NCBI RefSeq assembly: GCF_902713615.1
Contig: NC_052150.1
Coordinates: 205,327,353 to 205,391,352, forward strand
Length of the DNA: 64,000 nt
DNA from: Scyliorhinus canicula
Taxonomy: Eukaryota
Reading direction: 5' to 3'
Below, piece by piece: positions 26,343 through 38,244 of the stretch. How positions within the stretch are numbered: position 1 is the first letter of the stretch; every line of letters begins with the position of its first letter. The notes below the pieces were generated by a model. That model saw only the letters and a program-made list of their open reading frames with translations, had not been told where the DNA came from and did not search any database. Position numbers and translations under genes: made by a program.

Positions 26343-27175
26343 TGTTACGAACTATGCCGATGTTATCTGTGAGTGTATCCCAACTTGGGACACAAGTTCA
26401 TTGGGGTTTATAGTTTTATTTTTGGAATGATGTGAGGAGTCAAGTAAAACCCAGTGAGAATAAGCAGCCCATTCACCATGTAACATTTATTAAAGACTTA
26501 TTAAATTGAAGAACGGACAATTACACACAAACAGGACTATATTTTGCTAAGACAATTAAGTATATCAATTACTAAACACTGTTTTAGTTGAAAGTGCTCC
26601 CTGTTCCAAAATATATCTGCAATCCCTGAACTCCTTAAGACTCCCCCTTTTCCCCCAAACAACATCCAAATTAAATAGATCAATAAGTTGAAACCAGCTT
26701 ATAGTTGCCACACAATAGAGGGACGATAATCAAGTCTGGGAAACATCTTTATCCTGGTCCAGTGAAGATATTTAAACTGTAATTCTGCCTTGAAGAAGGT
26801 TTTGGCACTGCCTTTACTCTAAGACTTAAAGGCTGTTAGATGTAAAACTGGCCTCCATGCATCTGAGGGTGTTGGTAATTGTACCATTTCCCTCCTTTGG
26901 TTCTGCATTTTTTGTATTTGGTTTTCTGTCCCCTCAAATTCCTTAACTCTAGAGACTAGCATGTGTTAAACCTCATTGATCTCCCAATCGTCCAGGTAAA
27001 CTGTTTCCACTAATTGGCGATTCACAACTGATTCTATCTATGATGCCTGCTAATCTCGTTACTGGGAAAGACGGATCTCGTCCGGCTTTTTGAATACTGG
27101 CTGTGGCTGTCACGAGGCAGATTTCCACCTGTTGCTGGGCAAATCACTCCCTATTATGTCCTGTTAAATTTGTGT
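26343..27175 (-). mobile_element. Possible long LTR-like repeat
   Basis: Begins TGTTACG, with TTTATT near 26486 and composition like the LTR-like segments at 7.5-8.3 kb and 45.5-46.5 kb. No TSD confirmed. Confidence 0.3.
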
Positions 27176-27437
27176 TACTGCTGTTTCAAGGCAAATCCAT
27201 GGCAACAGGAAAGGAGCAACCTCCATGCTAGATCACATCTCTGGCCAACACCACACTGACCCTTGGTCTCAGTCATGTGCTTTCTTACATCACTGTGTGC
27301 ACTCACTCCTACATTAACACTGCATGTACCAGACTGTTCTATTACAATAAGTAGTGCTACAATGCCACTTACCATCTAGGGTGAAGCTGGTCTCACCCCG
27401 CTTCAGCTGTTGGATTTGCTGATGTGTGGGATACCCT

Positions 27438-28065
27438 GGGCGGGATTCTCCGACCATCTGCCAGTTGGAGAATCCCGGGGGGGCGGCGCGAATCCTGCCC
27501 TGTCGCCCCGATGCCGGCTGCCGTATTCTCCGGCGCTGTTTTTCGGGTGGGGGCAGGATTCACGCCACGCCGGTCGGGGGCCGTTGGTAGCGGCCCCCCC
27601 GGCAATTCTCTGGGCCCCGATAGGCCGAGCGGCCGTCCGCTTGTGGCCAGTACCGCCGGTGTGGGTTAAGCATTGTCCCACACGGCGGGACCTGGCAGGT
27701 AAATCAGCTGGGGCGGTCCTCAGGTGGGCATGGGGGGATCCGACCCCGGGGGGGGGGGCACGGTGGCCTTGCCCGCGATTGGGGCCCACCGATCTGCAGG
27801 CTGGCCTGTTCCATGGGGTCACTTCTTCCTTCGGCCATTGCAGAGCCCTACAGGGGCCGGCGCGGAGAAGAGAATCCCCTGCGCATGCGCGAAATCACGC
27901 CAGCTCTTCGCCTCCGGCTGGAGTGGCGCCAACACTTCCGGCATCTACCTAGCTCCGGAGACAGGTGAGAATTCCTCCCTTTGGAGGCCCGTTGGCGCCG
28001 GAGTCATTGATGCCGGTTTTCCCGTCAGCGTGGGGACTTAGTCCCTGGAAGGGAGAATCCCGGCC
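27438..28065. mobile_element. GC-rich Harbinger-type MITE
   Basis: TIRs GGGCGGGATTCTCC / GGAGAATCCCGGCC, non-coding, CpG-rich. Related to 61104-61680. Confidence 0.85.
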
Positions 28066-28536
28066 TCTGTCTGTTATTCTAAACTCTTCATAGTGACACA
28101 GAGGCCGTCAAGCTCCCTAAACTATTGACGTTGACAACCTGTATCTTCGGAGCAGCCTCTCATTTGGCCCCTGGAACACAGAACCGTGGGTAAGGGTTTG
28201 GAGGTGGATGGATCTTCTGATTGATAAAACTTTAACACCTGACCCAATCTCAACCCACTTGAAAATTCACTCAATTATCCTTCGTAACAGTGCAGTAAGA
28301 TTCTCACTGATTTAACCTCCTTTACAACTTTAAAAGTCTAGTCTCCTCCATAATGTTTCCCTCCACAAACCAGCAATGGCATTCCCTGCATAAAGAGACT
28401 TTGCACCAATTTTCATTATTGGTGCTTCGGATGTGCTGTCTAGCAACAGTGCAACTGGAATGAAATGTAGCTATTAGCAGCATCACCAAAGTTCATGGAT
28501 GATTATTCTGTGACGCGATCAGCATTTAAAAATATT

Positions 28537-28814
28537 CTTTATTGTCACAAGTAGGCTTACATTAACACTGCAATGAAATTACTGTGACAATCCCCTAGTT
28601 GCCACACTCCGGCGCCTGTTCGGGTACACAGAGGGAGAATTCAGAATGTCCAAATTAACTAACAGCACGTCTTTCGGGAGTTGTGGGAGGAAATCTATGC
28701 AGACACACGGTGAAGGTGCAGACTCCGCACAGACAGTGACCCAAACCGGGAATTGAACCTGGGATCCTGGCGCTGTGAAGCAACAGTGTTACGACTGTGC
28801 TACTGTGCCGCCCC
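28537..28814 (-). mobile_element. V-SINE with HE1-type head and Rex1-like tail (also 54338-54648+, 57213-57526+)
   Basis: HE1 head and V-domain followed by CCCGAACAGGCGCCGGAGTGTGGCAACTAGGG...CTTGTGACAATAAAG. Confidence 0.85.
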
Positions 28815-29719
28815 ATTTAAATGCATTGACATATCTTCCATTAAATTAAGCACCAAGAATACTCTCAGCAAAGCATCAAAACTTCTCTTCAACCTGGCCT
28901 CAAATGAGAGGATGAAGGTTGGAAATTTCCTCAGAGCTGAATCATCAGCTTCCACATTTTCGACACGATAGAAGGGGAATATCACCAAGGAAGCGGAGGT
29001 CATGGGGAATATTCCTCTGTTCCTTTTTCTGACCTAACAATATTACTGTAGATCTCAGCGTTTATCCTGTTATTCACAACCGAGTAAAATCTCTTGGCTT
29101 AATTTGAGGCATCCGATTCCTGGTGATGATAAACTGCGAGTTTGTCTTGATCCTGAGCCAACAGATACTCAAATTTATTGACCACGGTGCTGGATTGCCT
29201 GCAATGTGTTAGTATTTTGAAGGGTTTGTCAGCAGCAGGAAAATTGGAATTTGGGAAGTAAATGAGCATGGGAAATATTATCACCTATTACTGTGTTTAC
29301 AAGTTAGCTTTAGTGCCTACAGGTAATGGTGCCAAGGTTAATAGCAGTAATTAAACCAATATGTAACGACAGAGCACCCGGTTACTATTTCCAACCATGA
29401 ATTTTACTGTTAACTACTGTAAGCAACAAGGGAGTTTTGAACAGGAGATGGTGCTGCTCCATCCTGGATATAAATGTGTAGGCAGTGGAAACCTAACTGG
29501 CTATTCTTCATGTTCATCGCTGGTCAGCGAGTGTCAGGGCTTCAGCTATATTAAATTGCTCTGGGGTGACTTTCTACTGATAGAAGCTCTTGTGTTTTGA
29601 AATGTTCTGAACCGCTGAACTTAACTGGAGAGGACATTATAATCAGGCTAGGTCCTGTCCTCACACCATGTGACATGCCTCAGGTGAGCTGTTCAAGTCA
29701 GACAAAATAATCCTTCACT

Positions 29720-31280
29720 CTCACCGACCACATGTCCCTTCACTCACAGAATCTACACCCGACTTGCCGGTGTCACTGGTATCACCATGCCACCTTGTTC
29801 TGCCCTCCGCCGTGAGATGCGGCGGTGTCAGGCGGCGAGATGGGGGGGATTCAGAATAACTGGAGGCTGCAACTGACCTACTGGTGCCAGGCCCCGGGTT
29901 TTGGCTCCAGTGCTTCCCTCTACCTGACAGTGCCAGCTGGGCTCTCAGTGACTCCATGGGATGGAAGGGCAGCCGGAGTGAGCTCCAGAGGCCTCTGGGT
30001 CATCTGGCGCGGCCAGTCCTGGAGGCTCCCCATTGTTTACACCGGGGTGTTGACACCCTCAGCGCTGCTTTGGGACATGCTCTGCAGTACCTTGGCAACG
30101 TCCACCTGCCCCTGGGACACGTCCCTCCGTGACTCTGACATGCTGTCAATCCGCTCAGCCGTGGCCCTCACTGACTGAGCCATGCCTTGGACACCAGCAG
30201 TCATGGCACCGACGTTGTGCTACAGGATTTCCACTGTGGTCGCCACCCTAGCCTTGGTGCCACACAGTGCCAACGACATTGCCTGTGCTTGTAGCCTTTG
30301 GGATTCCTCCAATTGGCTCTGGACTTGCTGGAGTGTTGCTGACATCCCCCCCTGAATCTCACAGCTGCACCCTATCGACTGCATGGACAGAGGCTCGGCA
30401 TCTGACTGCGACTCAGCTGAGTCCTGGGATCCAGCAGACCTCCGACTGCTGACTCCCCTGGATGTTCCTGCCTCCATCTGATGTGCGGTGCTCACCAGAT
30501 TGTGCCCCAGAAGCCTGTCCACTAATGTTGGCCACCGAGGTGTGTTTCTCTGCGCTGATGGAAGGTGTGGATGAAAGCTGTGACGCAGTAATGATGGCCC
30601 TGCTCCATCGGGTGTAGATTCTGCGAGTGAAGGGACATGTGGTCGGTGAGAGCGAAGGATCATTTTGTCTGACTTGAACAACTCACCTGAGGCATGTCAT
30701 CTAGGTGACTGGGCAGTGGATCCTCACCTCGCAGTCAGTGGCTGCTCTGTCCTCTGTTGCGCCTGTGATCTCCAGGGCTCATTCCTCATGTCGGGTGAGG
30801 ACTCTGATATTGGGTACTTCACCCCCCCCCCCCCCCACCCCCCCCGGTGGTCCTCCTGTACAAACTGTCCGTAATCACTGCAGCTCCCACGGCCTCCCCA
30901 GTGGCATTGCTGGCCCTGCTGAAGGACCTCCGACCCCCTCGGGGATACAGGATGGCCCGTCTCGCATCCGCCGCGTCCAACAGCCAGTCCAGGTTGGCAT
31001 CACTGAAGTGAGGGGCTGCCATTCTTCTTTCTTCTGTGTTGACTACGATGAGGGAGCGTTAACAGCAGCTCCATTTTGTTAGCAGCGAGCAGCTGGGCGC
31101 GAGTGAGGTGAATCAGACGGCGAGTGAGCCCAGGAAGGCCAGAAGCTCGTGGGGGCTCATTTTAGGCACCAAGTTTCGTTAGATACGGGTCGCAATCTCG
31201 CCAATGTGGCTGTAGAGCAACGCCCCACCAATCGCGCCCGAAATGGCACTTAGAATTTACTTCATTAGATTGCGGCTCAT
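29720..31280 (-). mobile_element. Harbinger Myb/SANT-like gene remnant
   Basis: ORF 30819..31022(-) AAPHFSDANLDWLLDAADARRAILYPRGGRR is the SANT-like N-terminus of Harbinger DNA-binding proteins. Downstream low-complexity heptad remnants match the copies at 47-48 kb and 57 kb. Confidence 0.7.
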
Positions 31281-32791
31281 ATCATTGCTTGGAATGTTAG
31301 AAGTAGACAATGCATATAACAGCCAAGAAGCAAAAGTACGGCTCCTGGCGTAGTCTACTACGGTGTTACTGGCTCAGGAAAATTTAGTTGTACTGGGCGG
31401 AGATAACGCATGCAAAAGGGACAGAGGATATCATTCAGAATTATCCTGAAGATTTCAAAGATGAACTGGGTGCATTATGGGGTACTACAGTTAAATTGTT
31501 TGTAGATCCTCAGGGTATTTCTGTTTTTTCGAACTAGGGACAGTGCCCTACACCATGAAAAGCAAAGTGGAGGAGGAGACGTTGGAGCAGCTGAAGAGGC
31601 TCAGAATTATTGAGCCCAATCAGTTTTTACGTTGGGCAGCTCCAATTGTTCCTGTTCTTAAAAATGATGGTACTGTGCATATATGAGGGGATTACAAAGT
31701 TACCATTAATCACGTTTCCAAGCTGGACACTTATCCATTGTTGAGGGTAGAAGATCGCTTTTCAACCCTTGCAGGAGTTAAGATGTTTTCAAAACTGGCC
31801 TATCAACAACTCTTGCTAGTGGAAGATTCAGAGCCGTACGTGACCATCAACACGCATAAAGGGTTGTTCAAGTATAATCGTTTGGTTTTTGGAGTATCCT
31901 CCAATCCGGAGATCTAACAGAGGATGGTGGCCAACCTGTTACAAGGCATTCCACATGTTGAAATCTGCTTAGATGACATTTTAATTTCGGGTAAGATTGA
32001 GGGGGAACACCTCAGCAACCTGGATCGAGGTTTTAAAAGGTTTTCAGAGGCAGGACTGTGTCTGAAGCAGAACAAGTGCATTTTTCAGGCACTGAGCATG
32101 TAGAACTAGACCACAAAATCACTGCAAAAGGCTTATCTCCTGCGGAAGCAAAAGTTGGAGTGATTAAGGAAGCTTCGGAGCCCAGGAATGTGGCCGAGCT
32201 CAGGTCACTTGTAGGTTTGATGAACTATTCTGCAAAGTTTTTGCCAAACTTGCCTACACAGCATTGGTTCCACCGTACCTACTTCTGCACAAGGAAACCA
32301 AATGGAAGTGGGATCCTGCACGGAACATAGCTTTCACAGATGTGAAAGCGCTGCTGCAATTGACAAATCTGCTAACCCGTATTGATCCAGATAGGGAAAC
32401 TATTCTGCTGTGCGATGCCTCACCCCACCATGTGGCGGCAGTACTTTCTCATGTAATGGAGAAAAATCCATTGATTTTTCATCTGGAACGCCGATAAAGG
32501 CTGAAAAGGGTCATTCACAGTTCGACAAAGAAGGTCAAGTTATCGCTTTTGCGGTAAAAAGATTCCATCAGTACCTGTCTGGTCGTTCATCCACCATTTG
32601 CACTGACCACAAGCCGTTGATGAGCCTTTTCAGCGATGTAGAGTGTATTTCTCCCCTGGCCTCAGCAAAAATACAGCTGGGCAATTACATTGTCAGCATA
32701 TCAGTACAGCATTGTGTACAGGGCAGGGAAGGACAGTGTTAATGCGGACCCATTACGTTGTCTTTCTTTACCAGATTTGCCATCCCAGGTA

Positions 32792-35700
32792 TGTGGTAAT
32801 CACCACTGTTGTATTATATTGTATATACGGTAAGGCCCCTGTACTACAGGTACGGGGGTAGACCCTGCCTGCTGGCTCCTGCTGGAGTATAAATGTGTGT
32901 GCTCTCCGTACAGCAGCCATTTTGTCAGCTGCTGTCGGAAGCCACTCATCTCTGTGTAACAAAGCCTCGATTACATTCTACTCTCGTCTTGTCGTAATTG
33001 ATAGTGCATTAATTGATTACACAGAGATTTTTCAGAGAAGAACCTCCGCAGCAAGCCAGATCGCCTGCAGCTGCATCCTCAAGCAGACAATGCCAAAAAA
33101 GACTTTGAACATTGGCTACCCTGCTTTGAAGCGTACATCAGGTCTGCGCCAGACCCAATCCCAGAAGCACAGAAGCTCCAGATTCTGTACACGTGGCTGA
33201 GCTCCAACGTTTTTCCCCTCGTCCTGGACGCGCCGACCTATGCAGAGGGCATGGTGCTACTGAAGGAGAATTACGCTCAGCGGACAAACAAGATTTACGC
33301 CAGGCACCTCCTGTCCATGCAGCACCAACTTCCCGGTGAGTCTGTGGAAGATTTCTGGTGTGCCCTGCTCGCCCTAGTTAGAGACTGTGACTGCCAGGCC
33401 GTTTCGGCCACTGAACATTCGAACCTGCTGATGAGAGACATGTTCGTTACAGACATAGGGTCTGACTACATCCACCAGCGCCTCTCAGAAGGGGCCATGC
33501 TTGACCTCTCAGCGACCAAGAAACTAGCGCTCTTGCTTACGGTCACCTCACGCAACGTACAGGCACATGCCCGCGACCGCACGGCCCACCCTACCTGTGC
33601 ATCGTGGACCCCGCCGGCAGCCACCCCATCATGGATCCCATCTGTGACCGCCCCCAGCCAACCCTACGCCTGCGCGTGCAACAGCCAACCAACCCCGGGG
33701 GACCCAAATGCTACTTCTGCGGACAGACAAAACACCCCTGGCAGCGCTACCCGGCGTAGAGCCCACTCTGCAAGGCCTGTGGCAAGAAGGGACATTTCGC
33801 TGCAGTGTGCCAGGCCCGCTCAATCGGCGCTATAGTCCCGGCACCCCCCACGTGCGGCCCGTGGGTGCCGCCATCTTGCTCTACTCACAACACATGCGGC
33901 CCGTGGGCGCCGCCATCTTGCCTGCCTCAGAACCAATGGGCGCCGCCATCTTGCCTGCCCCAGGACACGTGCGGCCCGAGGGCGCCACCATCTTACCCGT
34001 CTCAGGACCCCTGCCCGTCGGGCACCTCATCAGGCCGCTCATTGCCTGCAACCGCCGACGACCAATCGCGTCTCGCCTCGGCCACGATTGACCAGTCTCG
34101 ACCGCACAACCTTGCGACCGCTTCGTCAAAGGTGAAGGTCGACGGGCACGAGATATCCTGCCTTCTGGACTCCGGGAGCACCGAGAGCTTCATCCACCCC
34201 GATACGGTAAGGCGCTGCTCCCTCGCGGTACACCCCGCTAACTAAAGAACCTCCCTGGCCTCCGGATCCCACCCTCACCTTCCAGGGCGTAGAGTTCAGC
34301 GGCTTCCGGCTCTATGTCCTCCCCAACCTCTGCACTGCCTTGCTCCTCGACCTGGACTTCCAGTGCAACCTCCAGAGCCTAACCCTGAAATTCGGTGGGC
34401 CCCTACCACCCCTTACTGTTTGCGCTCTCGCGACCCTTAAGGTCGACCCGCCTTCTCTTTTTGCAAACCTAACCCCGGATTGCAAGCCCGTCGCCACCAG
34501 GAGCAGACGGTACAGCACCCAGGACAGGACCTTCATCAGATCCGAGATCCAGTGGCTGCTACGGGAAGGTATTATCGAGGCCAGGAACAGCCCCTGGAGA
34601 GCCCATGTGGTAGTGGTGAAAACCGGGGGGAAAAACAGATGGTCGTTGACTACAGTCAGACCATCAACCAGTACATGCAGCTCGACGTGTACCCCCGCCC
34701 ATGCATATCTGATATGGTCAATCAGATTGCACAGTACTGGGTCTTCTGGACAGTGGACCTGAAATCTGCCTACCACCAGCTCCCCATCCGTAAGGCGGAC
34801 CGCCCATACACTGCAGTTGAAGCAGACGGCCGCCTTTACCACTTCCTTAGGTTTCCCTTCGGCGTCACCAACGGGGTCTCAGTCTTCCAATGGGAGACGG
34901 ACCGAATGGTTGACCGGTACGGACTGCGGGCCACTTTCCCGTACCTGGACAACGTCACCATCTGCGGCCACGACCAGCAGGACCACAACGCTAACCTTTC
35001 CAAATTTCTCCACACAGCCACTCTCCTCAACCTAACTTACACCAAGAAGTGTGTGTTCAGCACGAACCGATTAGCCATCCTCAGCTATGTGGTCCAGAAC
35101 TGAGTTCTAGGGCCCGACCCCGATCGCATGCCCCCCCTCATGGAGCTCCCACTGCCCCAAGGCCCTCAAACGATGCCTGGGGTTCTGTTCGTATTACGCC
35201 CAGTGGGTCCCAAACTATGCGGACAAGGTCCGCCCACTCATTCAATCCACTGTTTTCCCACTAACGGCCGAGGCTCACCAGGCCTTCAACCCTATCAAGG
35301 CCGACATCGGCAAGGCCGCGATGCACGCGGTTGACGAGAACCTCCCTTCCAAGTCGAGAGCGATGCATCAGATGTCGCTCTGGCCGCCACCCTCAACCAG
35401 GCAGGCAGGCCCGTTGCATTCTTTTCGCGCACCCTCCATGCCTCCGAAATTCGGCACTCCTCCGTTGAAAAGGAGGCCGAAGTGATCGTTGAAGCGGTGC
35501 GGCATTGGAGGCATTACCTGGCCGGCAGGAGATTCACTCTCCTCACTGACCAATGGTCGGTAGCCTTCATGGTTAACAACACACAGCGGGGCAAGATCAA
35601 AAATTATAAAATCTTGAGGTGGAGGATCGAGCTCTCCACCTACAATTACGAGCTTTTGTATCGCCCTGGTAAGCTCAACGACCCCACCGATGCTCTGTTC

Positions 35701-37130
35701 CGAGATACATGTGCCAGCACACAAGTGGACCGGTTCCGGACTCTGCACGACAATCTCTGTCACCTAGGAGTCACCCGTATTACCACTTCATTAAGGCCCG
35801 CAATCTACCCTACTCCATCGAGGAAGTCAGTGCTGTCATCAGAGACTGCCAGGTCTGCGCGGAGTGTAAACCACACTTCTACCTGCCAGACCATGCATGC
35901 CTGGTGAAGGCCTCCCACCTCAGCATGGACTTCAAAGGGCCCCTCCCTCCACCGACTGAAACAAGTACTTTCTTAGTGTGGTCGACGAATATTCCCGATT
36001 CCCCTTTGCCGTCCCATGCTCTGATATGACGTCTTCCACCATCATCAAAGCCCTCAACACCATCTTCGCTCTGTTCGGTTTCCCCGCCTACGTCCACAGC
36101 GACCAGGGAGGCTCATATCTGAGCGATGAGCTGCGCCAGTACCTGCTCAACAGGGGCATTGCCTCGAGCAGGACGACCAGCTACAACCCCAGGGGAAACG
36201 GGCAGGTAGAGAGGGATAATGGGACGGTCTGGAAGGCCGTCCAGCTGGCCCTACGGTCCAGAAATCTCCCGGCCTCCCACTGGCAGGAGGTCCTCCCTGA
36301 CGCACTTCACTCCATTCGGTCGCTCCTGTGCACCGCGACTAATGAAATCCCCCATGAACGTCTCTTTGCCTTCCCCAGGAAGTCCACCTCCGGTATTTCG
36401 CTCCCAATGTGGCTGGCAGCTCCAGGACCCTCCATAAACACATGCGACTCCACAAGGCGGACCTGTTGGTTGAGAGGGTACAGCTACTCCACGCCAACCC
36501 GCAATACGCTTACGTAGCGTACCCCGACGGCCGCCAAGACACAGTCTCCCTCATTGACCTGGCACCAGCTGGTTCCCCCCCCCCCCCCCGTGCCCCGGCG
36601 CCACCCTCCCTTCCCCCGGCGCCACCCTCCCTTCCCCCGGCGCACCCCACCACAGCCCCCGCTCCAGGACAATCCGTCCTCCCCTTGCTCCCACCCCGGG
36701 ATGAAGAGGATTTCGACACGCTCCCGGAGTCACCGAAGACCAAGCTGACGCCTGAGTCGCCACCAGCACTGCGGCGCTCTCAACGGCAGATCAAGGCGCC
36801 GGATCATCTAAATTTGTAACCTTCTTTGTAATTTAAAAAATCTGCATGTATATAGTTTTCCACCACCCCTGCTGGACTTATTTTTAACAGGGGGTGAATG
36901 TGGTAGTCACCACTGTTGTATTATATTGTATATACTGGTATTATGGTAAGGCCCCTGTACTACAGGTGGTAGCTCCCTGCCTGCTGGCTCCGCCCAGTAG
37001 GTGGAGTATAAATGTGTGTGCTCTCCGTACAGCAGCCATTTTATCAGCTGCTGTAGGAGGCCACACATCTCAGTGTAATAAAGCCTCAATTACATCCTAC
37101 TCTCGGCTCGTTGTAATTGATAATGCATCA
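32792..37130 (+). mobile_element. Full-length Ty3/Gypsy LTR retrotransposon (gag-PR-RT-RH-INT, frameshifted and with stops)
   Basis: LTRs 32792-33011 and 36899-37130 (TGTGGT...GCATCA); TSD GGTA (32788-32791, 37131-37134); PPT AACAGGGGGTGAA. Gag knuckle CKACGKKGHFAAVC; PR LLDSGSTESFI; RT VDLKSAYHQ, FPFGVTNG, YLDNVTI; RH ESDASDVA; INT C..C, VDEYSRFPFA, HSDQG, GNGQVER. Confidence 0.95.
32888..32925 (+). promoter_or_regulatory. LTR core promoter: TATA box and Inr-like site
   Basis: TATAAAT at 32888-32894 and CCATTTT with A at 32919, 31 nt downstream. Both are conserved in the 3' LTR, which also has AATAAA. Confidence 0.55.
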
Positions 37131-37412
37131 GGTATTGTATCCTCCCAAGATGATATTGTTACTAGAGAGACTTGTCCAATCTCCAGTCAGTGCTAAACTA
37201 ATTAAACAGTGGACGGACAGAGATTCTATTCTGTCACAAGTTAAACGATTCTTGATGCAAGGATGGCCATCTGTTATAGAGTGTTCTGGGTTGACGCCTC
37301 ATATGAGGCACAAAGATGGCATACTGTGGGGGTCATACCATTTGCCTTCTTTACTGCCTGCTGTACCTGCGCGCTTACTTTCAGCAACTGATGCATGGAG
37401 ACACCAAGGTGT

Positions 37413-38230
37413 CACTGAGTATCTATCTCTCTCAATTTACACTCATTCAAATGATAATCTGCCTTCCTATTTTTGTTACCGAAGCGGATAACCTCACATT
37501 TATCCACAATATACTGTATCTGCCATGCATATACCCACTCACTCAGCCTGTCCAAATCCCGCTGAAGCATCTCTGTATCCTCCTCACAGTTCACCCTCCC
37601 ACCCAGCTTTGTGTCATCTGCAAATTTGGAGATAATACATTTAGTTCCCTCGTCCAAATTATTAATATATAATGTGAACAGTTGGGGTCCTAGCATAGAT
37701 CCCTGCGTTACCCCACTAGCCATTGCCTGCCAATCAGAAAAAGATCCATTTATTCCAACTTCTTGCCTCCTGTCTGCTAACCAGCTTTCTATCCGTCTCA
37801 AGCCATCACCTGCAATCGTATGCACTTTAACTTTACATGACAATCTGCTATGTGAGGTCTTATCGAAAGCCTGGATTGGATTGGATTGGATTGGATTTGT
37901 TTATTGCCACGTGTACCGAGGTACAGTGAAAAGTATTTTTCTGCAAGCAGCTCAACAGATCAATACGTACATGGGAAGAAAAGGGAATAAAAGAAAATAC
38001 ATAATAGGGCAACACAAGATATACAATGTAACTACATAAGCACCGGCATCGGGTGTAATGTTAATGAGGTCAGTCCATAATAAGCCTTCTGAAAGTCTAA
38101 ATAAACCACATCCACCGATTCTCCCTGGTCAATTCTACTAGTTACACCTTCAAAGAATCAAGCATGATTTTCCTTTAGTGAATCCATCCTGACTTTGTTT
38201 GATTATACCACTGCTTTCTAAATGCTGTGC
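37413..38230 (-). mobile_element. CR1 RT fragment with a nested Rex1-type 3' tail (~37873-38080)
   Basis: ORF 37412..37843: SGVTQGSMLGPQLFTLYINNL...KFADDTKLGG. The insert GGATTGGATTGG...TTTATTGCCACGTGTACCGAGGTACAGTGAAAAG is flanked by AAGCCT repeats. Confidence 0.85.
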
Positions 38231-38244
38231 TGGTTCAGGTAGGA

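Larger units (their letters stand above)
31290..37412 (+). mobile_element. Old Gypsy (K02A2.6-like) pol remnant, split by a younger Gypsy at 32792-37130
   Basis: RT WAAPIVPVLKNDGTVHI*GDYKVTIN...YPL.RVED and ICLDDILI; RNase H LLCDASPH and FAVKRFHQYL..TDHKPL. Reading NADPLRCLSLPDLPSQV|LYPPKMILLLERL...QGWP continues in frame across the insertion. Confidence 0.88.

Noticed and set aside
27393-28041. Multiple long overlapping GC-rich ORFs (also 55156-55907, 59166-59825, 61185-61782)
   Set aside because: They lie inside TIR-bounded MITEs; the ORFs reflect stop-codon scarcity at high GC and show no domain motifs.
28800-29284. Short minus-strand ORFs as exons
   Set aside because: No convincing paired splice sites and no recognisable protein similarity.
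33852-33996. CRISPR-like repeat-spacer array
   Set aside because: The context is eukaryotic, the repeats are in-frame within Gypsy gag-pol, and there are no unique spacers of regular length or cas genes.
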